Virus record (IMG/VR): IMGVR_UViG_3300049217_000071
Span: 204,345-268,344 of that record
DNA: 64,000 bases
Strand: one strand, 5' to 3'
Both the position numbers and the translations under genes were made by a program. Positions 9,365 to 18,488 of this stretch are shown one piece after another. Positions within the stretch are counted from its first letter, which is position 1. Each line of letters starts with the position of its first letter. Under the pieces are notes generated by a model. It worked only from the letters and a program-made list of their open reading frames with translations. It made no database searches and had not been told where the DNA came from.

Positions 9365-10072
9365 ATGACTACATTCGGTGAAATTAATTGGAGTGATGAC
9401 GTTTTTGGTGGCCAAGATGGCAAAAAGAACACCAACTCTAAGGACCTGTTCCTTAGACTAGATGAAGGCCCAAACGAGGTGAGACTGATTACTCAGCCTT
9501 TCCAGTATTTGGTCCACAAGTACAAGAAGGCTGATGACACTGGCTTCGGTCAGAAGGTCCCATGCTCCGCTATCCACGGAAGCTGCCCGCTCTGTGCTAT
9601 GGGCGACAAGGCCAAGCCACGTTGGTTGCTCGGTGTAATTAGCCGCAAGACCAACACCTACAAGATCTTGGACATTTCTTTCGCTGTTTTCGGACAGATC
9701 AGAAAGTACGCTAAGAACGCTGCTCGTTTTGGTGATCCAACCAAGTACGATATCAACATTGAGGTGGATAAGAACGGTGGAGCCACTGGCTACTACTCAG
9801 TTCAAGCGCTCAATAAAGAAGCTCTTTCCGCTACGGATCAAGACATCAAAGACAAAGTTGACTTCGATGATTTGAAGCGTAGGGTCACTCCTCCAACTCC
9901 TGACATCGTTCAGAAGAGAATGGATAAGATTGACGGCGTTGCTACCCCAGCAACCGGAACTGCCCCAGCTTCGGCTGCCAAGAAAGCTGCGCCTAAGGCT
10001 GCAACCCCTCCAGTTAGCATGACTGATGAAGAGACTTTAGATGAGTCCTTCCCCGCTCATGATGCATCATAA
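9365..10072 (+). CDS. Phage single-stranded DNA-binding protein (gp32-like, Zn-binding)
   Basis: FLRLDEGPNEVRL, CSAIHGSCPLC, KYDINIEV, acidic/flexible C-terminal tail. Located between RecA and the resolvase; strong RBS. Confidence 0.7.
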   Translation: MTTFGEINWSDDVFGGQDGKKNTNSKDLFLRLDEGPNEVRLITQPFQYLVHKYKKADDTGFGQKVPCSAIHGSCPLCAMGDKAKPRWLLGVISRKTNTYKILDISFAVFGQIRKYAKNAARFGDPTKYDINIEVDKNGGATGYYSVQALNKEALSATDQDIKDKVDFDDLKRRVTPPTPDIVQKRMDKIDGVATPATGTAPASAAKKAAPKAATPPVSMTDEETLDESFPAHDAS

Positions 10073-10094
10073 TCTAAGTTCCCCTTAGAGAACA

Positions 10095-10128
10095 AAAAGG
10101 TCCAAGGCTCCCCCGCTTTGGTCCTTTT
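10095..10128 (+). terminator. Probable intrinsic terminator
   Basis: aaaaggtccaagg-ctcccccg-ctttggtcctttt imperfect hairpin directly after the SSB-like gene. Confidence 0.5.
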
Positions 10129-10138
10129 CTATTTACAC

Positions 10139-10154
10139 TGATATATTACTTGGT
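10139..10154 (+). promoter_or_regulatory. TGATATAT-N8-ATG motif (extended -10-like, probable leaderless promoter)
   Basis: The same motif and spacing occur at 13364, 41737 and on the minus strand at 25595; there is no SD before the ATG. Confidence 0.6.
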
Positions 10155-10715
10155 ATGTCCAAGATTATATTAGGGTTTGACGTTTCCAGTACCACCATCG
10201 GTTGGTGCGTTTTGAGTCTCGATGAGAAAAACAATATCTCTTTTGTCAAAGCAGATTATGTGAAGCCAGTCAAGAAAGGCTCTATTATTGAGAGAATAGT
10301 AGATACCAGAGATAAAATCCAAAAAATCATTGACGAAGTCAAGCCAGACTATATTGGTATCGAAGATATCATCAAGTTTATGGCAGGGAAGAGTAGCGCT
10401 CAAACCATCATAATGCTAACTACATTCAATCGAATGATTGGATTATGTGCTTATGATTATCTACATAGGTCTCCTGAATTGTTTAGTGTTATGACCATCA
10501 GACACGGACTCAAACTGGATAATGTCTTTCCAAAAAAAGAAGATATGCCCGCTCTTGTCTCGCAACGTTTAGGAATTATATTCCCTTACCAGCTCGGAAA
10601 AAAGGGCGCTCTCAAAGTGGAGAACTATGATATGGCGGACGGTATTGCCGTAGCGTTATATTATGCATTGGTTCTGACCGGGCAAACCAAGGTCAAGCGC
10701 AAGGGTAAGAAATGA
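10155..10715 (+). CDS. ruvC: RuvC-like Holliday junction resolvase
   Basis: ILGFDVSSTTIGW, IGIED and DMADGIAVA supply the RuvC acidic catalytic set; 186 aa. Confidence 0.85.
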   Translation: MSKIILGFDVSSTTIGWCVLSLDEKNNISFVKADYVKPVKKGSIIERIVDTRDKIQKIIDEVKPDYIGIEDIIKFMAGKSSAQTIIMLTTFNRMIGLCAYDYLHRSPELFSVMTIRHGLKLDNVFPKKEDMPALVSQRLGIIFPYQLGKKGALKVENYDMADGIAVALYYALVLTGQTKVKRKGKK

Positions 10716-11671
10716 ATCTCAAGGAAGCCTACGCAACTCTAGAACTTGCCGAGGGTGATACCCCGGAAGAGGCTAAGAAACAATACCGCAAGTTGACCAA
10801 GAAATATCATCCAGATGTTAGCAAAGAAAAAGATGCGGATGAGAAGATCAAGAAGATCAATGAAGCCTATGAGTGTGTCAAGAATGGCAAAGGCAATGAT
10901 CGCGAACCCGCTATGCAGCGTGGTAATGGGAGGTATAACCCTTTCCATAGACAACAAGTTGTGCAAATAGAGAATGTAGAGCTGCATCTAAGTATTGATT
11001 TCAAGGAATCCGTTTTAGGTTGTAAGAAAGAGGTCAAGTATTCTCGCAAAACCAAGTGTCAAAGCTGCGATGGATCTGGAGAGGTTGTTCTCAACAATGG
11101 ATGTAAGAAATGTGGTGGTCGTGGTCAAGTAACCAGTCAGAGAAGTGGCATGATCTTTATGCAAACTTGTCCCGAGTGTTTTGGCAAGACCCACGTAACC
11201 GAGTGTACGGTTTGTCACGCGCAGGGGCTCACACAGACGGACGTGTCTGTGCAGGTGTCCGTACCTGCGGGCATAACTGATAAAGCCGTTTTGCGTTTGC
11301 AGGGTATGGGTAACTATGCTGGTTCGCTGATGGGATTTGTAGATCAGTATGCGGATGTCTTTTGCCATGTCAATGTAGCTTCAGAGCCGGGCCTTCGTAT
11401 AGAGGGTAAAAGCGTAGTAACGGATCTCAGTATCTCTTTGTTAGACGCTTTGCGCGGCTGTGAACGACAGGTCAAGACCATTTTTGGTACCAAGGGTATT
11501 ACCATAAAGCCACATTCTAGAAACCATGACGAGGTGATTATTCCCCATCATGGAGTGGGTGGAACGGGAGATCAAAAGGTCATTCTGGACGTCCAATACC
11601 CCAAGAACGTAGATAAACTGATTGCTCTTTTAGCAGATGAGGTGAACCATGGCTTTGGCTCTGTACTGTAA
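10712..11671 (+). CDS. dnaJ: DnaJ-family co-chaperone
   Basis: J domain with HPD, four CxxC(xGxG)-type Zn motifs, C-terminal substrate-binding region. The G/F linker is short. Confidence 0.92.
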   Translation: MNLKEAYATLELAEGDTPEEAKKQYRKLTKKYHPDVSKEKDADEKIKKINEAYECVKNGKGNDREPAMQRGNGRYNPFHRQQVVQIENVELHLSIDFKESVLGCKKEVKYSRKTKCQSCDGSGEVVLNNGCKKCGGRGQVTSQRSGMIFMQTCPECFGKTHVTECTVCHAQGLTQTDVSVQVSVPAGITDKAVLRLQGMGNYAGSLMGFVDQYADVFCHVNVASEPGLRIEGKSVVTDLSISLLDALRGCERQVKTIFGTKGITIKPHSRNHDEVIIPHHGVGGTGDQKVILDVQYPKNVDKLIALLADEVNHGFGSVL

Positions 11672-12011
11672 TAATACCTATGTGGATGCTTTTGGTAAGA
11701 CCAAGAGGTGTGGTCAGATGGAGCCCTTCATCGATCCTAAAACCGATAAGGTCTATTGTGCTAACTGCGAGCAAGAGATGTCGGGTGTGACACATTTCAC
11801 CAAGGTGACGCTCAAGAACCTCAAGCAATTTAGAGCTAAGAAAGTCATTGCCTTCGGGGTCAAGTGTCAAAACTGTGGTCGTGAGGATCGCCCCAAGATT
11901 GTAGGTGATGATATAGTGTGTCCAGCGTGCAACAAGCCGCATACGCATCTCAGCGCCCCTTTCAAGGCGATGTTGAAGGAGAAGCTCAAGACGGCCGGAA
12001 AAGACGTGTAA
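11649..12011 (+). CDS. Small multi-Cys Zn-finger protein
   Basis: YCNN...RCG, CANC, CQNC, CPAC in 120 aa. Confidence 0.8.
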   Translation: MALALYCNNTYVDAFGKTKRCGQMEPFIDPKTDKVYCANCEQEMSGVTHFTKVTLKNLKQFRAKKVIAFGVKCQNCGREDRPKIVGDDIVCPACNKPHTHLSAPFKAMLKEKLKTAGKDV

Positions 12012-12017
12012 GGTCCT

Positions 12018-12794
12018 ATGTTAGATAAGATAGTTCAAGAGTGCCACTTCCTGTTGAAGAATTTTCCAGGAGCGGAAGGGTGCCGATCCTACTTGGACGC
12101 TCGCCTGAGCGCTCAAGCACAGGAAGAGTTCCAGTTTGGTTATTTCCCTGGGGTGCAAAATATGCCAGTCCTGACCGATTTGGTTGGGGAGGATCTGCTT
12201 CGTCAAGCGGAACTGTATGGCACCCGTATGATTGAAGATTCTCTGTTTCCTCGCACCATCGGATGGAGTTCCTTCGAGAACCATCCTTTGATTATGCCTT
12301 ATCGCAATCCTTATGGTCAGGTGGTGGCTTTGGTAGGCAGAACCATCTTGCCAGAGACAGAGTATAAAGAAAAGAAAATCTCCAAATACAAGAATACCGC
12401 AGAGAGCGGTTTGTTTGTCAAAGGCAACAATTTATTCGGTTTATACGAGAATAAGCAAGCTATTGTAGATCTTGGCTGCGTTTACATCGTAGAAGGACAG
12501 TTCGATGTAATTAAGGCTTATGAGATCGGTTTTAGGAATATTGTGGCATTAGGCAACAATAATATGACAGCCTATCAATTTTCTGTCATTAGCAGATACT
12601 CCAACAACCTGTTTTTGTTGCTGGATAACGATGAAGCTGGACAAAAAGGGAGGAAAAGCATCATTAGTAAGTTCGGCGCACATGCCGACATTCGTAATTT
12701 TTACTTGCCAGATGAATACAAAGATGTAGACGAATACATTACTAAGGGGAAGATTAGTAGTTATGCGGAGATGTCTTTTCTGATCAAAGGTTGA
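12018..12794 (+). CDS. dnaG: DnaG-type primase catalytic core (no N-terminal Zn-binding domain)
   Basis: FGYFP, LIMPYRN...GRTI, KYKNT, TOPRIM YIVEGQFDV and LLDNDEAGQKG, KDVDEY. Confidence 0.9.
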   Translation: MLDKIVQECHFLLKNFPGAEGCRSYLDARLSAQAQEEFQFGYFPGVQNMPVLTDLVGEDLLRQAELYGTRMIEDSLFPRTIGWSSFENHPLIMPYRNPYGQVVALVGRTILPETEYKEKKISKYKNTAESGLFVKGNNLFGLYENKQAIVDLGCVYIVEGQFDVIKAYEIGFRNIVALGNNNMTAYQFSVISRYSNNLFLLLDNDEAGQKGRKSIISKFGAHADIRNFYLPDEYKDVDEYITKGKISSYAEMSFLIKG

Positions 12795-12894
12795 AATAAA
12801 AGAAATTCTCAGCCTTTCTCTATTGTTATATTGCAATTGCATATTCACAGGTTTATATCGCAGTGTTCAATAATCAACGGGGAAATGAGGTTCT

Positions 12895-13335
12895 ATGGTC
12901 AAGAGACAAAACAGAAGTGATCGCTACCAGTGGGTGCTCTTGGAAACAGTGTGTTCCAATGATATGATGGAAGCTTTTTGCAATGAAGACAGCATCTCGG
13001 CAAGACTGAATCCTTTCGAGTATAACGAAAACCTGATCGAGTTGGAAGAACAACTCAAGAAAGAGTTTTGGAGAGTGGTAGATACTCTACTCACCCCACG
13101 ACAGAAGCAAGTGATCCGCCTGTATGCTGACGGCTATACCCAAATGGAGATAGCTAAGATGCTAAATGTGAACCAGAGTTCCATTACCAAGTCTCTCAAC
13201 GGTAATGTCGATTACAAGAATGGTAAAAAGGTATACGGCGGGGCCAGGAAAAAGATCAAGAAGATCATAGAGATGGACGACAAGATCAAATCCATTTTGG
13301 AGCAGATGCGGGCTTGTCGTGACGAAAAATGGTAA
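12895..13335 (+). CDS. Sigma-70 region 4-like HTH protein
   Basis: LLTPRQKQVIRLYADGYTQMEIAKMLNVNQSSITKSL. At 146 aa, no clear region 2. Confidence 0.8.
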   Translation: MVKRQNRSDRYQWVLLETVCSNDMMEAFCNEDSISARLNPFEYNENLIELEEQLKKEFWRVVDTLLTPRQKQVIRLYADGYTQMEIAKMLNVNQSSITKSLNGNVDYKNGKKVYGGARKKIKKIIEMDDKIKSILEQMRACRDEKW

Positions 13336-13363
13336 GAAAAAATATTGAGAGCACGCAATAAGC

Positions 13364-13379
13364 TGATATATGTATCAGT
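13364..13379 (+). promoter_or_regulatory. TGATATAT-N8-ATG motif, overlapping an AATA-N6-TAT motif (13357)
   Basis: gcaataagctgatatatgtatcagtATG. Confidence 0.6.
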
Positions 13380-14285
13380 ATGAAAACTTGCTCTATGTGC
13401 GGAAAACCCAAAGATATCGGCTGCTTTGTCAAACAGGCAAAGTCAGCCGATGGTCTTTTTCCGTGGTGTGAAGATTGTCGTCGACAATACCGTAAAGATA
13501 AGTATAACGAAGATTTACAGAAGAGTCGCGATTACACCAATGATTGGAGAGCCTCTCGCATTCAATGGTTTCAAGAGCTAAAGTCTAACACGCCCTGTGT
13601 AGATTGTGTTCAGATATACGAACCATTCTGTATGGACTATGATCACGTCCCAGGTCGAGGTGAAAAAATCAAGAGTGTTAGTCGTATGGTAATAGATAAC
13701 ACATCAAAGGAAGTTATCCTTGCCGAGATAGAGAAGTGTGATCTTGTGTGCTTGTTGTGCCACAATAAACGCACATATAGTCGTTTTGATGAAGTTTTAG
13801 GAAGCGACAGAAAATATCCGCCACATGTGCAACGAAACATTGATATGATCAATAAGTTCAAGACGCATCTGTGCGTCATCTGTGGTAATCAATATGAGCA
13901 TTATAATATGCAGATTGATCACATTGATTCGATGACTAAGCTGTATGATGTATGTCAGTTGAAAAGTTGTAAAGTGGAAAAACTATTGATCGAGCTAGCA
14001 AAATGCCAAGTTCTATGCGCCCTGTGTCATCGTAGAAAATCCATTGTTGAGCAGCAGGACGACAAATACTCGGCACCCCGCCATACCCCACCCAAGCGTC
14101 AGCAGTTGTTCTACGATCCTATCACCAACACAAAAGAATGTGGACTATGTCATCAAATCAAAGATGGATCATTATTTCGCGCAAACAGTAAAACTGTGTC
14201 AGGGTTGGATACATATTGTAAGGAGTGTTTCAATGAGTATCGAAGAGAAAAACGAGCAGGAGAGGCACATACAAAAACTTCGTAA
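13380..14285 (+). CDS. HNH homing-endonuclease-like protein with two HNH domains and terminal Zn ribbons
   Basis: CVDC...DYDHV...CDLVCLLCHNKRT and CVIC...QIDHID...CQVLCALCHRRKS. Confidence 0.85.
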   Translation: MKTCSMCGKPKDIGCFVKQAKSADGLFPWCEDCRRQYRKDKYNEDLQKSRDYTNDWRASRIQWFQELKSNTPCVDCVQIYEPFCMDYDHVPGRGEKIKSVSRMVIDNTSKEVILAEIEKCDLVCLLCHNKRTYSRFDEVLGSDRKYPPHVQRNIDMINKFKTHLCVICGNQYEHYNMQIDHIDSMTKLYDVCQLKSCKVEKLLIELAKCQVLCALCHRRKSIVEQQDDKYSAPRHTPPKRQQLFYDPITNTKECGLCHQIKDGSLFRANSKTVSGLDTYCKECFNEYRREKRAGEAHTKTS

Positions 14286-14442
14286 TGCTATCGATCTGAT
14301 GAAGATATTAGGTATCTCAACTGTGAATGAAGCTCGAAATAGTTATGCATATGTGTCGGTGCTTGATCTGTATGACATCCTGATGGATGACAAGAAATAC
14401 AAAGACCTGATCTCCAAGCTCAAATTGAAAGCTTTTTGGTAG
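14233..14442 (+). CDS. Small hypothetical protein
   Basis: aggag RBS before the ATG at 14233; MSIEEKNEQ...KLKAFW, 69 aa. Confidence 0.65.
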   Translation: MSIEEKNEQERHIQKLRNAIDLMKILGISTVNEARNSYAYVSVLDLYDILMDDKKYKDLISKLKLKAFW

Positions 14443-14576
14443 TCGGCAAAGTCGTTTTGTTGTGGAGATGGTAATATTCTGTAATTTATCTAGCGGGTCC
14501 GCCTGCTGATAAAGTGCAGAATAGTATCAATATTCTTCTATCTAAGGTAGGTAGATTCTGCGCAATGGGAGACGTA

Positions 14577-15038
14577 ATGCCGAAAATTAGTATCGATTAC
14601 TCAAGTTTAGCCACACAGATCACTAAAAAAGCGTATCGACTTGCTGATGTCAAAGATCAGTTGGAGACGGTAGCATTCGACATTGTGAGATTCAAGGACG
14701 GCGATAAAGGCGCGGACTTATGGCAAGTTCAGAACGCCTCCGATGGTGATTACATCGTAGCGCTGTATGATGACGAAGAGGCCGAGAAGACCGCCGCCTC
14801 CGTGTGGGGAGTGTTGGTTTCTAAGGGCGGCAATGATTTGCAGATCTCCTACAAGGGCGATCCTTTGGTTCGACTCTCGGCTGCTAAGCTGGGTATCCCA
14901 AGTTCCGAATTACATAAGGCTGAGCAGTATCTACCAGAAAGATTGGCCACCAATCAAAAGTTGGTCAAGGCTCTTCTTAGTGAATTGACGGACGCAGCTA
15001 GACTAGAGGTATCCAAGAGATACCCAGAACTGGTATAA
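14577..15038 (+). CDS. Hypothetical protein (probable virion/head-block protein)
   Basis: RBS gggag before the ATG at 14577; first gene after the AATA-N6-TAT motif at 14529. Confidence 0.75.
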   Translation: MPKISIDYSSLATQITKKAYRLADVKDQLETVAFDIVRFKDGDKGADLWQVQNASDGDYIVALYDDEEAEKTAASVWGVLVSKGGNDLQISYKGDPLVRLSAAKLGIPSSELHKAEQYLPERLATNQKLVKALLSELTDAARLEVSKRYPELV

Positions 15039-15055
15039 CGGAATAGGTGTATAAT

Positions 15056-16663
15056 ATGAGCCTCGACAAATTACATCAGATGGTAGGTTCTCTAACAAAG
15101 GCAATAGAGGACAATCAAAAACTGGCTACTCCTATTTTGGCTGCCAAGCTAAACAGGTATTCGGCTGCTAATCCACATGACCAAACCATCGGAACGATGG
15201 CTAGAGTTATGGGCGATTTGGTGGATCATAACACTCTCTTCATTCGCAAGTCTGAATTGAAGTCTCTCTACAATAAGCTCTATTCTCGTGGCACCAAGTT
15301 TGCCGAGTTGTTTCAAGAAGAGTTAGGAGAAACTCCTAAGGAGCCAGAGCTTACCCTCAATCAACGCGATGAATCCTTTAAGCACAATCCATATCATGTG
15401 GGTGATCAGGTATTGGCTAACGCTCTAGAGAGTGTTTTCGATAAGCATACTCCACTCAAGATGTATTCCCAGCCGTTGGCTGATAAGGCTATCAAGTCAG
15501 TTGCTACTACCTTGAATGCCTGGAACCTACGTCCTTCTAAGCTCTCCGTCAGTGATGGTAGCGATAAGTTCATCGTTATCAAGGCTGACTACGAAACTCC
15601 TAAGGGAGTGACTAGCTTCTACGTTCCCGTGGAAGTAACCAAGACAGACGCTATTGATCCAGAAGTTTTTATGGGCAACACTGGCCCCCAAGATCTCAAC
15701 AACACCACCATCAAAGCTTACTTGCACCAGCAAGCTGGCACTAAGATGAAAGTGGCCGGCACCGATATCCTCAAGGCTCTTACTACCGCTTCTTCCGAGA
15801 AGCGTGAAGTAACGGCTGCGGAACTAGCTGTGACCCGACTCAACGCTACCCGTCAGGGCAGGTCTGAGTTTGCCGGTTCACCAGACGGTTGGCTTGGTCT
15901 CAAGGTGGAAGCTGCTGCTAAGGAAGATGTCAAGCTTCCTAAGTCAGATGAGTTCTTCTCTTTCGAGAAGCAGTTTACCTCTCCTCAGGGCCTAGCCTCT
16001 TGGAGATTTGGTGCTGACAAAGTAGTGGCTGCTCGCGACCATATCGCTCGTGAATTGGTCTCTATCGGTTTCACTCGTCCACAAGTCGTGGTGCGTGATA
16101 ACGATGAGAACACCATTTTCTACAGTGTCTCTTTGGACACCGGCAAAGTTGCCTTTACCGTTCCAGTCAAGATTGCGGATGGTAAGATTACTAAACCAAC
16201 TATCTTACTATGCAACGGTTCTATTGCTCCGTTTGATAGAGAAGGTATCAATCAACTCGTCAGCACTAATAAGGTTGATGCTAAGGCTGCTGCCGTCGCC
16301 TCTACTATGGCCTCTCTCAAGCCAAGCGAAGTCATCACCGACCTACGCAAGGCTGTTTCTGAAGGCAATCTTTCCAAGGCGGAAGACGCCCTCAACGTAT
16401 TGGCCAATTCAGGAGATGCCAAGGCTTATGCCACCGCATTCTCTATCTATATGACTGCCATGGCTGGCAACAAGGTCGAAGAGACTCACTGTGCCAAGAT
16501 GGTCAAGGGTAAAGTTAGCGAATACCCAATCTGTACACACACCGGTTTGCCCATCAACAAGGTATACCAAGACAAGGATGGAAACTGTCGTCCATTGTAT
16601 CGTAGAGGTATGGATGAGACTTACGAGGGAGCTTCTTTTCTCAACGCTAAGATCTTAGGGTGA
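15056..16663 (+). CDS. Hypothetical protein (probable virion protein)
   Basis: Long ORF with an internal repeated F(Y/T)VPV(E/K)(V/I) element and a Cys-containing C-terminus. Confidence 0.8.
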   Translation: MSLDKLHQMVGSLTKAIEDNQKLATPILAAKLNRYSAANPHDQTIGTMARVMGDLVDHNTLFIRKSELKSLYNKLYSRGTKFAELFQEELGETPKEPELTLNQRDESFKHNPYHVGDQVLANALESVFDKHTPLKMYSQPLADKAIKSVATTLNAWNLRPSKLSVSDGSDKFIVIKADYETPKGVTSFYVPVEVTKTDAIDPEVFMGNTGPQDLNNTTIKAYLHQQAGTKMKVAGTDILKALTTASSEKREVTAAELAVTRLNATRQGRSEFAGSPDGWLGLKVEAAAKEDVKLPKSDEFFSFEKQFTSPQGLASWRFGADKVVAARDHIARELVSIGFTRPQVVVRDNDENTIFYSVSLDTGKVAFTVPVKIADGKITKPTILLCNGSIAPFDREGINQLVSTNKVDAKAAAVASTMASLKPSEVITDLRKAVSEGNLSKAEDALNVLANSGDAKAYATAFSIYMTAMAGNKVEETHCAKMVKGKVSEYPICTHTGLPINKVYQDKDGNCRPLYRRGMDETYEGASFLNAKILG

Positions 16664-16666
16664 TCC

Positions 16667-17632
16667 ATGAGGCTATTTAGACTAGCTGCCCTGATGGAAA
16701 ACAAATACCACCTTACTTCCACGGCAGCCGCTTGGAACGAGGAGGCTAAGAGGGCGGTGAAGAATGCCTTCAATTTGTATGTCAATCCAGATAGTCCTTC
16801 TTTGAAGGAACCCATTCTACAGATGTTGGCTGACAGCGGAGAGCCTGTTTCTAAGAGCATTCTCGCCAAAATGAATAGCGTAGTGGCTAATCTAGATCAC
16901 CCAAATCACGAAAAGATTTTAGGTCTGATCAAGGAGGTAGTCGACACCATCACTCCAGAATCCAAAAAGGAAGTGAGAAACTTCATTCATACTCATACTA
17001 AAGGAACTACTGAGGCTCAGCGTAATCATCGTGAGCGCCTCAAGTCTAAGTTTGATACCGTGACCGTTCCTCTCATCTCCGTTCTTTCCAAGATCGTGGG
17101 TAAGGAGAGAGTTCTGCCAATTCAGAGAATGGAATTGAGTAAAGAGAAACTGCTGATGTTCTCTCGCACAGCCGCCGCCCAGAAATATGGCTTCGATAAT
17201 CTAGATGTTTTACAGCGTTTACTGCAATATCCTGACCTAAAAGAAAGACTAACTACTCTTATTAATGCCGTGGATCGAGGCCATATTCCAGTAGATGGAC
17301 CTGAGATTATGAAGGAAACCGGCGAAATCAAAGCTTTATTGGCACAGAAAGCTGCTACTAATGAGCCATTTTTAGAGGCAGGTGAGGATGAAGCTCAAAG
17401 AGCACTACAACAACCAGCTCCGGAGACTATAGTGTCTAAACAAATGCTAGCTCGTAAAGAAGAGATCAAACAAGAGCGTGAAGAAGAAGAGGCAGCCCAA
17501 CAAAGAGATGCCGAAAATGCTGAGAGAGAAAAAGCCTTTCAACAAGAACAGATAGAAAAAGATAGGGAACGTCACATCGGGCACAACACTAGCAGTCTTT
17601 CCCTAGAGAGACTATTGAGGAAATATCAATGA
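16667..17632 (+). CDS. Hypothetical protein
   Basis: 321-aa ORF with a charged coiled-coil-like C-terminus. Confidence 0.75.
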   Translation: MRLFRLAALMENKYHLTSTAAAWNEEAKRAVKNAFNLYVNPDSPSLKEPILQMLADSGEPVSKSILAKMNSVVANLDHPNHEKILGLIKEVVDTITPESKKEVRNFIHTHTKGTTEAQRNHRERLKSKFDTVTVPLISVLSKIVGKERVLPIQRMELSKEKLLMFSRTAAAQKYGFDNLDVLQRLLQYPDLKERLTTLINAVDRGHIPVDGPEIMKETGEIKALLAQKAATNEPFLEAGEDEAQRALQQPAPETIVSKQMLARKEEIKQEREEEEAAQQRDAENAEREKAFQQEQIEKDRERHIGHNTSSLSLERLLRKYQ

Positions 17633-18342
17633 GAACCGCTGAATTACTACAGGCCATGGCTTCGTGGCTAGAAAGTCCAAACAATGAAGCGATGCTGCTA
17701 GCCGAAGGTGACGAAAAGTGCCTGAGTGTAGTCGCCGAGTCTTGTGTTTTGGCCGCCGCCCTCCTCAAGAAGGCTGCCGAAGAAGTGGATGCTATCGAGC
17801 CTCCAGACCCTTCCACCATCACTCCACAATCCGTAGCAGAGATCGCTGCTTTAGCTGACGCTTTGGATGCTTCTGGTGATCTTCAACTTAAGAAGCAAGC
17901 TTCTGTTTTGGATGAACTATTGATGACCATTGCTGCTCCGCCTAATGCTTATGCCGCTAGAAAAGATTTGCAAGACCAACGAGCCATTGAACTCAAGAAA
18001 AAGTATGAGCAGCCTGGTGAAGAATTGCGTAAGCAAATGAAGGTTAGCGAGACTGAGAAGGCTATCGAGAAGAGCAATATGACTAAGCAGTACAAGATCC
18101 TAGAAGCTCCCCTCAGTACCCGCTATTGTCCAGACCATGCCGGTGCTCAAATCGCCCGTATCGGTGAACACATGTGGCAGTGCGAATTAGATAAGAAGAC
18201 CTATAATTTCGAGACTGGTTTTGAGCTGAACAACGGTGTCAGAGTTCCGGGTGGAGATGTAGCTCAGCAGACCCAAGGTCTCAACATCCCTTACCACGCT
18301 ATCTTCGATACTCGTGAAGGCCGTCTTGGATACAACAAGTGA
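17629..18342 (+). CDS. Hypothetical protein with helical hairpin motif and C-terminal Cys/His cluster
   Basis: ALADALDASG...ASVLD hairpin; RYCPDH...WQC. Confidence 0.75.
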   Translation: MRTAELLQAMASWLESPNNEAMLLAEGDEKCLSVVAESCVLAAALLKKAAEEVDAIEPPDPSTITPQSVAEIAALADALDASGDLQLKKQASVLDELLMTIAAPPNAYAARKDLQDQRAIELKKKYEQPGEELRKQMKVSETEKAIEKSNMTKQYKILEAPLSTRYCPDHAGAQIARIGEHMWQCELDKKTYNFETGFELNNGVRVPGGDVAQQTQGLNIPYHAIFDTREGRLGYNK

Positions 18343-18347
18343 ACGAA

Positions 18348-18488
18348 ATGATCAACAAATCTTACGAAGCTATTAAAGAAGCCCTCTCAAGAATGCCTCT
18401 TGAAGAAGCTAAAGAGTTTGTGAGACTTTTCAACGAGAAACTAGATGAACAAAAACGCACTCAAGAAAATTCTGGAGCACCCAGATAA
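18348..18488 (+). CDS. Possible small protein (46 aa)
   Basis: MINKSYEAIKEALSRMPLEEAKEFVRLF...; fills the gap between ORFs but overlaps the next gene by 44 bp. Confidence 0.35.
   Translation: MINKSYEAIKEALSRMPLEEAKEFVRLFNEKLDEQKRTQENSGAPR

Noticed and set aside
10155-10715. RuvC-fold ORF as TnpB/Cas12-like nuclease linked to the IS607-like HTH
   Set aside because: It is only 186 aa with no Zn finger or REC/WED region, lies 7 kb from the HTH gene, and sits in a normal resolvase context.
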